64,000 nt of DNA, taken from Ignavibacteriota bacterium. Lineage in GTDB: Bacteria; Bacteroidota; Ignavibacteria; Kapaibacteriales; UBA2268. Below, piece after piece: positions 27,598 to 35,578 of the stretch; position 1 is the stretch's first letter, and the number at the start of each line of letters is the position of its first letter. A program made the position numbers and the translations under genes. The notes below the pieces were generated by a model. That model saw only the letters and a program-made list of their open reading frames with translations, did not search any database and was not told the DNA's origin. The stretch lies in assembly GCA_016219595.1 (NCBI GenBank), contig JACRLY010000021.1, positions 6,083 through 70,082 on the forward strand, read 5' to 3'.

Positions 27598-29595
27598 ATG
27601 ATTCATAAATTTATATCTCAAATATTTTCTGCATTTGGAATAATATTCTTTTATCAAGTGTTTTTATTTTTTTTAGGGATAAACTTATCCTTTTCTCAAT
27701 CCGATAGCACAGATATTTATGATTATGATTTCAATCAATTATCAAAATTAAAAATTACTTCAGTATCAAAAACACCACAAAGATTAGTAGAAGTTCCATC
27801 AACTATTTACGTAATATCATCAGTCGAAATAAAAGAAAGAGGATACTTTACACTTGAAGATGTTTTATCTGACCTCCCCGGTTTCCAGTTCAGAAACATA
27901 CAAAGTTTCAATAGCTATTCTTTTCAAAGGGGAATACCTAATCAAAACAATTTAATTTTAGTTTTGATAGATGGTGTCCAGGTGAACGAACTCAATTCAG
28001 GTGGCTACTATGGCGGAGGGCAATACAATTTGTCAAATGTTGAACGCATTGAGGTTGTTTATGGTCCGGTATCAGTTGCTTACGGCACTAATGCAGTGTC
28101 AGGAATTATAAATATAATAACTAAGGGTACATTAGAAAAGCAAGCTGTCATCAATACTATAGTTGGTAACTTTAATACTATCAATTCAGATATAAGTTAT
28201 TGTTATACAAATAATAAGAAAAGTTTGGGAATTCGTGTTTCAGGCATGATTAAAAGTACAGAAAAAGCTGATTTAAAGGGGACAGCAGGCGATAACAACT
28301 GGTCTGACTTACTGGATAACTTTGAGAATGATTATTCTTTTGATATTAAAATTCAAGTTGACAATTTTATTTTAGGAACAAACTTTTTACAAAAGCAATC
28401 ATCGGCTGCAACTTATGTAAAGTCTACCGGAACAATTTATAAAGATTACGGAACATTATGGAATATAAGGTTTATAAATAATTACTTGAAATACAATAAT
28501 ATATTATCAGACAATCTGACATTTACATCCACTCTTTACAACCGTAATGCAACAGTACTTGATAATTCAGTAGAATATATAGTTGATACAGCTCAAATTG
28601 GATATTATCGTCCTAATAACTTAACCGGATTAGAAAATATTTTAGAATATTATATCGGTAATATTTTTTCAATTACAGGCGGTTTAACACTTGAGTATGA
28701 GCAATTAGCAGAAGCATTTACAATTACGTACAGCAAATCTCCGGAACAAAAGCCACCAACTCCACTAAGTCCTGAAATGAAAAAAAATTCTTTGATAAGC
28801 CTTTTTTTAGAACCACACATTTCTCTTTTTGAAAATATTTATATTTCCGGAGGAATTCGCTTTGATAAAAGCAGTTTTTATAATCAGGTATTAACTCCAA
28901 GTGCAGGGCTAAGTTATAACTATCAAAATCATGTAATACGTTTCTCCTATTCGGAAGCATTCAGAGCGCCTAAACCTTGGGATTATACTGATGGTCTGGG
29001 CAACAGCTCCCTGCTCCCTGAAAAAATGAAATCGATTGAAGCGGCAATTACATTATCAATAGCTGATAATTTTAAACTCGATTTAATCGGATACAGCAAC
29101 AAATTTGAAAATGCGATTACTAAACAGAGTATAGGCGAAAGTTACAAATGGATTAATGAAGGCAAAATTACAACTAATGGTTTTGAAGTTTATTTCAGGT
29201 ATTCATCGCCAAAGTTAAAATCATCAGTAAATTACACTTATAATCAAAGCCTGAATTCAAATGATGATTTTATTCCTGAAATCAGCAAACATACCGGTAA
29301 TGCAAGTTTGACTTATTCATTCACTAATAATATAATCCTGAACATTCGTGCTAATTATATAGGAGAAAGAGAAAATACTAAAGTTATTGCTACAACCAAT
29401 AGTAATATGATTGAACCATGTTTGATATTCCATGCAGTTTTATCATTCTTAAATTACGAAGGATTTAATTTACAATTAATTGGCAAAAACATATTAAACA
29501 AAGAATATTATCATACTTCCAACAGACCCCCTGACAGGTACCGGCAATCTCAGCGAACCATTATGCTATCAGTTGGTTATTCATTAAACAATTAG
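27598..29595 (+). CDS. TonB-dependent outer-membrane receptor (module B)
   Basis: Plug motif EVPSTIYVISSVEIKERGYFTLEDVLSDLPG, then IEVVYGPVSVAYGTNAVSGIINIITK. SD AGGAAAG. Confidence 0.85.
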   Translation: MIHKFISQIFSAFGIIFFYQVFLFFLGINLSFSQSDSTDIYDYDFNQLSKLKITSVSKTPQRLVEVPSTIYVISSVEIKERGYFTLEDVLSDLPGFQFRNIQSFNSYSFQRGIPNQNNLILVLIDGVQVNELNSGGYYGGGQYNLSNVERIEVVYGPVSVAYGTNAVSGIINIITKGTLEKQAVINTIVGNFNTINSDISYCYTNNKKSLGIRVSGMIKSTEKADLKGTAGDNNWSDLLDNFENDYSFDIKIQVDNFILGTNFLQKQSSAATYVKSTGTIYKDYGTLWNIRFINNYLKYNNILSDNLTFTSTLYNRNATVLDNSVEYIVDTAQIGYYRPNNLTGLENILEYYIGNIFSITGGLTLEYEQLAEAFTITYSKSPEQKPPTPLSPEMKKNSLISLFLEPHISLFENIYISGGIRFDKSSFYNQVLTPSAGLSYNYQNHVIRFSYSEAFRAPKPWDYTDGLGNSSLLPEKMKSIEAAITLSIADNFKLDLIGYSNKFENAITKQSIGESYKWINEGKITTNGFEVYFRYSSPKLKSSVNYTYNQSLNSNDDFIPEISKHTGNASLTYSFTNNIILNIRANYIGERENTKVIATTNSNMIEPCLIFHAVLSFLNYEGFNLQLIGKNILNKEYYHTSNRPPDRYRQSQRTIMLSVGYSLNN

Positions 29596-29604
29596 ACAAA
29601 GAAT

Positions 29605-31425
29605 ATGAAAATATTAATTAAAATATTATTAGTCACAATACTAATTTGTTTAATCACTTTCAGGTCATTCGGACAAACAGACAAAGCAAAGGTTATCGCA
29701 GCATATATTAATAACTTTGCCAGGTTTATCACCTGGCCGAATGAAAATCAGTTAGATAGCTTCAGAATTGGTATTTTTACAAATAATATTGATTTAATCA
29801 AAGAGTTTGATGATTATTCAAAAAAACGAAGAATAAAAGAAAAGCCAATCAGTCTGACAATATTTAAAACGTACCCTTCGCATTTCAATTTTCAAATTTT
29901 AATGCTGTCCGAAGATAATTCAAATTACATTACCCAAATTTATGATGCTATAGAGGGAAAATCAACATTACTTATAAGTGAAAATTATAAGGACCAACGC
30001 AACATAATGATTAATTTTATTAAAACTTCACAGGAGCAACTTTCTTTTGAGGTTAATAAAGCTAACGTGATAAATCAAAAACTTTCAATAGACCCTGAAA
30101 TTTTACTTTCAGGTGGAACGGAAATTGATGTTGCAAGCCTTTACCGGAAATCGCAATTTAACCTGAGAAATATGCAAAAAAACATGGATATAATGAGCGA
30201 TTCACTTAAAAACCTTCAGGAGTATATCAATACATCAATAGATTTGATAAATAAACAACAATCTGCAATAACAAGACAGAAGAATTTATTAGAAGAACAA
30301 ATAGCAAAAATCAATAAAGACCAGGAAATAATTCAGTCTCAAAGAGGGATACTGGGTTCACAGCAAGATTCCATAAATATTAAAAACCGTGTACTTCTTA
30401 AAATGTTGAATGATGTAAAAAAGCATCAAAGTGAGCTGGAATATCAGGAACAAATATTAAGAACCAATCAAAAACAGATTGAAGTTTTGAACAAAGAAAT
30501 AAAAAACAAAAACATTACATTAGGGAGTCAATCCGAAACCATTGTACGACAAAAACAGATGTTATTATTTTCTATAATTATCGGTTTTCTTATAATTTTA
30601 TTAGTTACAGCAATTTATATCGGTTATCGAAAAAATAAACATAAAAGCCAAATCTTGGCAAGTCAAAAACGAGAAATCGGAAGAAAATTAAATGAGGTGG
30701 AAAAATTAAATTTACAGCTTAAAAATGCCGACCAATACAAATCCATATTTTTAGCAAGCATGAGCCACGAACTCCGTACCCCATTAAATTCCATAATCGG
30801 ATATACCGGAATACTGCTTATGGGTATGACGGGAAAGTTAAGCGATGAACAAAACAAACAATTATCTAAGATAAAAAACAATGCTAAACACTTATTAAGC
30901 TTAATCAACGATATACTTGATATATCAAAAATTGAAGCGGACAGGGTCGAATTACACATCGAAGAATTTAAATTAAAAGATATGATTAATCAGGTTGTTG
31001 AAATAATAAATCCAAAAGTAATTGAGAAACAGCTTGAATTGACAATTGATTTAAAAGATGATTTGACAATTTCTACTGATGAAAGAAGAATTAAACAAGT
31101 GGTATTGAACCTTGTCAGCAATGCTGTAAATTATTCCGAAACAGGTATTATACATATTAGTTCGAAGAGATTGTCAGACAACAAATTCAGAATATCCGTG
31201 AAAGACACTGGGATCGGGATTTCAGAAGATGACATGCTGAGATTGTTTCAACCGTTCCAGCAAATTGATTCTTCACTTACCAAAAAAACTAGCGGGACCG
31301 GATTAGGATTATACTTATGCAGAAAAATATTGAAGATGCTGGGTGGAGATATTTTTGTAAAAAGCGAGCTGGGTAAGGGAAGTGAATTTTATATTGAAAT
31401 GCCTATTAAATACAAAAAGGATTAA
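29605..31425 (+). CDS. Fusion protein: periplasmic YfiR-like domain, coiled coil, TM, HisKA/HATPase histidine kinase (module B)
   Basis: Signal peptide. KAKVIAAYINNFARFITWPNE...FRIGIFT...STLLISE...LSFEVNKANVINQKLSIDPEILLSG is YfiR-like. Long Q/N-rich coiled coil. TM LLFSIIIGFLIILLVTAIYIGY. H-box FLASMSHELRTPLNSI. G-box GTGLGLYLCRKI. Confidence 0.75.
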   Translation: MKILIKILLVTILICLITFRSFGQTDKAKVIAAYINNFARFITWPNENQLDSFRIGIFTNNIDLIKEFDDYSKKRRIKEKPISLTIFKTYPSHFNFQILMLSEDNSNYITQIYDAIEGKSTLLISENYKDQRNIMINFIKTSQEQLSFEVNKANVINQKLSIDPEILLSGGTEIDVASLYRKSQFNLRNMQKNMDIMSDSLKNLQEYINTSIDLINKQQSAITRQKNLLEEQIAKINKDQEIIQSQRGILGSQQDSINIKNRVLLKMLNDVKKHQSELEYQEQILRTNQKQIEVLNKEIKNKNITLGSQSETIVRQKQMLLFSIIIGFLIILLVTAIYIGYRKNKHKSQILASQKREIGRKLNEVEKLNLQLKNADQYKSIFLASMSHELRTPLNSIIGYTGILLMGMTGKLSDEQNKQLSKIKNNAKHLLSLINDILDISKIEADRVELHIEEFKLKDMINQVVEIINPKVIEKQLELTIDLKDDLTISTDERRIKQVVLNLVSNAVNYSETGIIHISSKRLSDNKFRISVKDTGIGISEDDMLRLFQPFQQIDSSLTKKTSGTGLGLYLCRKILKMLGGDIFVKSELGKGSEFYIEMPIKYKKD

Positions 31426-31428
31426 ATT

Positions 31429-31788
31429 ATGAAACGTGTATTGATTATTGAAGATAACGCAGATAATATGTATCTAATGAAGTTCATATTGGAAGCAAAC
31501 AATATAAATGTAATTATGGCTACTACAGGTTTAGAGGGTATTGAAACAGCATTGAAAGAAAAACCGGATTTAATCCTTATGGATATTCAATTGCCTGATA
31601 TAAATGGATTAGAGGTTACAAAGAGAATCAGAGAGTCTGATATTAGTAATTCGATTCCAATTTTAGCAGTATCTTCTTATGCCATGACGGGTGATAAACA
31701 AAAAGCACTCGATGCTGGATGCAACGGTTATATAGAAAAACCTATAGAACCTGAAACAATTATGGATAAAATAAACAAATTCCTATAA
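31429..31788 (+). CDS. Single-domain response regulator (CheY-like receiver)
   Basis: VLIIEDN...DLILMDIQLPDINGLE...AVSSYAM...GYIEKP. Confidence 0.9.
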   Translation: MKRVLIIEDNADNMYLMKFILEANNINVIMATTGLEGIETALKEKPDLILMDIQLPDINGLEVTKRIRESDISNSIPILAVSSYAMTGDKQKALDAGCNGYIEKPIEPETIMDKINKFL

Positions 31789-31831
31789 CATACAAATTTT
31801 TTATAATCAATTTTAAGCTTAGGATATTTAT

Positions 31832-33094
31832 ATGAAAATACTAATAGTGGATGATAATCCTGACAATTTGGATATGTTGGAAATTGTTCTCAAAAGCCAG
31901 GATCATATTGTACATTCAGCTATCAACGGCAAGGAAGCACTCGAAAAGCTCCACACAGAAAAGTATGATTTGATTGTATCCGACATTTTAATGCCGGTTA
32001 TGGATGGTTTTCAGCTTTGCAGGGAGTGCAGGAAAGAGGATGAATTAAAAGATATTTGTTTCATTTTCTATACTGCTACTTATATTGACAACAAAGATGA
32101 GGATTTTGCCAAATCATTAGGTGCTCACGAATTTATTCGCAAACCGCAGGAACCGGAAATTCTTATAAAAATTATTAATGATGTTTATGAAAAATCTAAA
32201 ACCACTCCCCTGGTTTTTGAAGAACATAGTGATAAGGAGATTCTTAAACTTTACAATGAGAGATTAGTTTCCAAATTGGAAAAGAAAAATATTGATTTGG
32301 AAAAGGAAATCAATGCACATAAAAGAACTGTTAAAGATTTAATTATATCTAAGAATAAAGCAGAAGAAATGAACCGTCTAAAATCGAATTTTCTTGCGAA
32401 CATGAGTCATGAATTAAGAACTCCGATGAATGGTATTATTGGATTTTCACAGATTTTAAAAGATGATAATAATCTCGATAGTGTAAAGGAAATTGCAGAA
32501 TTGATATATAAAAGCAGTAAAAGACTGATGGAAACTTTAAATTCAATCCTTGACCTGTCGAGACTTGCTTCCGGTGAAGTGATACCAAAGCTGTCTTTCG
32601 TCAATTTGTTGCAGATATTAAATGAGATTATTGTACTTAATAGGAATTCCGCAAGAAATAAACAATTAGAATTAAAGTTAGATACTACACTCGATAATCT
32701 ATCCTTTAATTGCGACTCAAGATTTATCTGGGAAATAATGAATAATCTGATTAATAATGCAATTAAATTTACTGATAATGGTAGTATCAGCATCAAAGTT
32801 GACACAACATTGGTAAATAAGGAAAAATATGCTGTAATTGATATTATAGATACCGGTATTGGCATTGAAGAAAGTCAATACAATGTCATTTTCGATGAAT
32901 TCCGGCAAGTAAGTGAAGGATTGAGCAGGAGCTTTGAAGGTACCGGGCTGGGTTTGACTATAAGCAAAAAATATGTGGAGTTACTTGGGGGCATATTAAA
33001 AGTGAAAAGTAAACTCAACGAGGGTTCTACATTTACTATACTATTGCCATTATCTGGATACAAAGGACCTTCAGTTAAAGGTAATCAAGAATAA
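31832..33094 (+). CDS. Hybrid receiver-histidine kinase (REC, coiled coil, HisKA, HATPase)
   Basis: N-terminal REC (ILIVDDNPDN...DLIVSDILMPVMDG). H-box FLANMSHELRTPMNGI. G-box GTGLGLTISKKY. Confidence 0.9.
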   Translation: MKILIVDDNPDNLDMLEIVLKSQDHIVHSAINGKEALEKLHTEKYDLIVSDILMPVMDGFQLCRECRKEDELKDICFIFYTATYIDNKDEDFAKSLGAHEFIRKPQEPEILIKIINDVYEKSKTTPLVFEEHSDKEILKLYNERLVSKLEKKNIDLEKEINAHKRTVKDLIISKNKAEEMNRLKSNFLANMSHELRTPMNGIIGFSQILKDDNNLDSVKEIAELIYKSSKRLMETLNSILDLSRLASGEVIPKLSFVNLLQILNEIIVLNRNSARNKQLELKLDTTLDNLSFNCDSRFIWEIMNNLINNAIKFTDNGSISIKVDTTLVNKEKYAVIDIIDTGIGIEESQYNVIFDEFRQVSEGLSRSFEGTGLGLTISKKYVELLGGILKVKSKLNEGSTFTILLPLSGYKGPSVKGNQE

Positions 33095-33105
33095 AAAAAA
33101 AAATT

Positions 33106-33516
33106 GTGGATGGGAAACTGATTAATACTAAAGATAGTGAATCTAAAGTACTATATGTGGAAGATGATGAGATTAGTATTCTCCTTTTTGAACGGCTTTT
33201 CAAGGATAAGCTAATAATTGATTTTGCAAGAAATGCTGAGGAAGCAATTCAAAAAGCAACTGAAATCCAGTATTCGTTAATAATGATGGATATTAATCTT
33301 GGAAAAGGAAATGATGGGATTTATGTTACAAATGAGTTAAGGAAATTTGAAAATTATAAAAATATTCCGATTATAGCTGTTACTGCATTTGCTATGCTCG
33401 GTGATAAAGAAGATTTTATCAGCAAAGGATGTACTGATTATATATCTAAACCTTATGATACTGGAGCTTTATTCAAACTAATTAGTAAATATACTAATGT
33501 TGTGTGGTATTATTAA
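33106..33516 (+). CDS. Single-domain response regulator (receiver), GTG start
   Basis: LYVEDDEISI...LIMMDINLGKGNDG...AVTAFAMLGD...DYISKP. Paralogous to the C-terminal REC of 35579-38518. Confidence 0.8.
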   Translation: MDGKLINTKDSESKVLYVEDDEISILLFERLFKDKLIIDFARNAEEAIQKATEIQYSLIMMDINLGKGNDGIYVTNELRKFENYKNIPIIAVTAFAMLGDKEDFISKGCTDYISKPYDTGALFKLISKYTNVVWYY

Positions 33517-33562
33517 AAAGGTTCCATTTTATACTCTGTTAAATAAGAAATAAAATAACATA

Positions 33563-33604
33563 GAAAATTATTAGAATAATATGTTACAAATCAAATGTAA
33601 AACG
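33563..33604. repeat. 42-bp repeat copy 2 (relic of the YgbA-like 5' end and upstream region)
   Basis: Partner of 27431-27472. The position equivalent to the ATG reads ATA (tat on the plus strand). Confidence 0.75.
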
Positions 33605-33673
33605 CAGGCTAACAGGTAATAGTATAAATATTATTTGAACCCATAAGAGAATATTTAGGCATTTAATTTTTCT

Positions 33674-34279
33674 TTATTCAATAATATTAATATTCAGTAC
33701 AGGATGAAGTTCAAGAAAATGAGGCATTGCATCTTTTGATTTTTTATGTTTTAAATCGTGAAAAAGAACACCATCAATTTCAACTTTTACTTTGTGTTCG
33801 AGTTTATGTTCACTGCTGCCATCATTTACTATTCCGTGCGGATAAGTAATGGATAATATTTTATTACGGCATTTCTGATAAAGCATTGCGAACTTTGTTT
33901 TTCTAACTTCAGGACATAAATCAGGAGAGGGAATTTCACACACTATTGAATGCTTTTTATCCAACATAATATTCAAATGGTAATCGTTGTCATTTTGTTC
34001 ACTCCATTCTTTCAATTTACCTTTAATCCTGTACACCTGTTTTTCATCCATTAATCTGGCTTTGTTTTCATCTCCGTTTTCTTTCGATAACCTGGTATTT
34101 TTATCCAATACTTTCAATGCTTTATAATCAATCGGAATGGGTTCGAACTTAATTTCCTTTGCCTCATTATCAGCGAGTATTTTAACTTCCCAGCGGTTGT
34201 TACCACACGGGTGTGCTTTTTGAGAGAAAAGTAACTGATTTATTATTAGTATTAATAACAGAACAAATATTTGTTTCAT
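33674..34279 (-). CDS. Secreted hypothetical protein
   Basis: 201-aa ORF with a signal peptide (LLLILIINQLLFSQ). No recognised motifs. Confidence 0.6.
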   Translation of the reverse strand: MKQIFVLLLILIINQLLFSQKAHPCGNNRWEVKILADNEAKEIKFEPIPIDYKALKVLDKNTRLSKENGDENKARLMDEKQVYRIKGKLKEWSEQNDNDYHLNIMLDKKHSIVCEIPSPDLCPEVRKTKFAMLYQKCRNKILSITYPHGIVNDGSSEHKLEHKVKVEIDGVLFHDLKHKKSKDAMPHFLELHPVLNINIIE

Positions 34280-34321
34280 ATTCTTAACTGATTCTAATTT
34301 AATTTATCTATAAAAACAAAG

Positions 34322-35212
34322 TTAATCAATCCCATATAATAACTTACCAGTTTCAATTTTATCACCAGCTGAGAATTTATAAAAATAAATTCCTTTATTC
34401 AAATTCATTGGATAAAATGAATATTGATACTCCCCTTCCTCCTGCCTTTCATTAACTATTGATTCTACTTCACTTCCCAACAAATTGCTTATAATTAATT
34501 TTACATTCGTCATACCGTCGAGTTTATATTTAAAATATGTTTTATCTGAAAAAGGATTGGGATAATTCATTATTTGTTTATCTTCATTTTTATAGTATCC
34601 AACTGAAGTCTCTTTTTCCAAATATGCAGTCGCCCATGTTGAAGGTTTGAGTGAATCCGAAGTAGATGGGTAATATTCCCATGCACTGAAAGTATTTGTT
34701 ACATCGAATGCAATACCAATCGCCACTGTATTCGAGTCAATACCCACTAAATAAAAAGGAATTTTTATTTCAACAATATCCGGCAGATTGACAGCAAAAT
34801 TGTTAGCTTCCCAATCAGTGGGATTATCATGACAATTATCATAAATATTAGGAGCTCCTCGATGATTACAATTAGTAGCCGAAACGTGGAACCACCAGTC
34901 ATCATCCATCCATGACAGGCTTTTATCATTATTAATGTCGAGCAATAATTCAGGGAAACGGAAATTTGCTGAGCCCAGGTTATCAAGATAGGCAAACATC
35001 AGTGAAACACTATCATGTTTGAACAATACCCTCACAATCTTATTATTCATAGAAATAATATGAACAGAATCGGCGTCTTCCCACTCACCCACTGATAAAT
35101 TCCCGTCAACTTTTATTGAAATCCCTTTCGGGATGTTAATAGTAACCTGTGAATTTAACAGGGTTGAATTCAATATAGCCAAAAATAAAAAAATCTGTAT
35201 CAACATTTTCAT
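34322..35212 (-). CDS. Secreted protein with CBM9/DOMON-like N-terminal domain and T9SS CTD
   Basis: Signal peptide. VDGNLSVGEWEDADSV. C-terminal NYPNPFSDKTYFKY...GIYFYKFSAGDKIETGKLLY. SD AAGGTGGA. Confidence 0.7.
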   Translation of the reverse strand: MKMLIQIFLFLAILNSTLLNSQVTINIPKGISIKVDGNLSVGEWEDADSVHIISMNNKIVRVLFKHDSVSLMFAYLDNLGSANFRFPELLLDINNDKSLSWMDDDWWFHVSATNCNHRGAPNIYDNCHDNPTDWEANNFAVNLPDIVEIKIPFYLVGIDSNTVAIGIAFDVTNTFSAWEYYPSTSDSLKPSTWATAYLEKETSVGYYKNEDKQIMNYPNPFSDKTYFKYKLDGMTNVKLIISNLLGSEVESIVNERQEEGEYQYSFYPMNLNKGIYFYKFSAGDKIETGKLLYGID

Positions 35213-35578
35213 AATTCCACCTTCAGATCAGTTATTTATTTACTTTTTTATTATTTTATTATCAATAAATATCATGGTAAATTTACTCATTAACAGCTGT
35301 GAATTTAACAAACCACAATATTTATGGATATTTTTATTTATCTATAAAAAATCATATAAATTTTTTTATAACATAATAAACAGCATCAATAAATACAATT
35401 TTATTATTCAAAGTACTTATAATTTTGTTTTCTTTTTAATATTCTTTATATTATAAAGTATATAAAATATATAATTGTCAGAATTGGTTGAGAACCTGAG
35501 AATTCCTATTCAAAAGACATAATAAATTGACAAAATAAATTCCATTACACTGAATATTAATTTATAATTTGGTGATTT

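Noticed and set aside
33092-33108. A11 tract as a programmed frameshift site fusing the kinase and receiver
   Set aside because: The TAA stop precedes and forms part of the A run, so slippage within the run cannot bypass the stop. The receiver has its own plausible GTG start.
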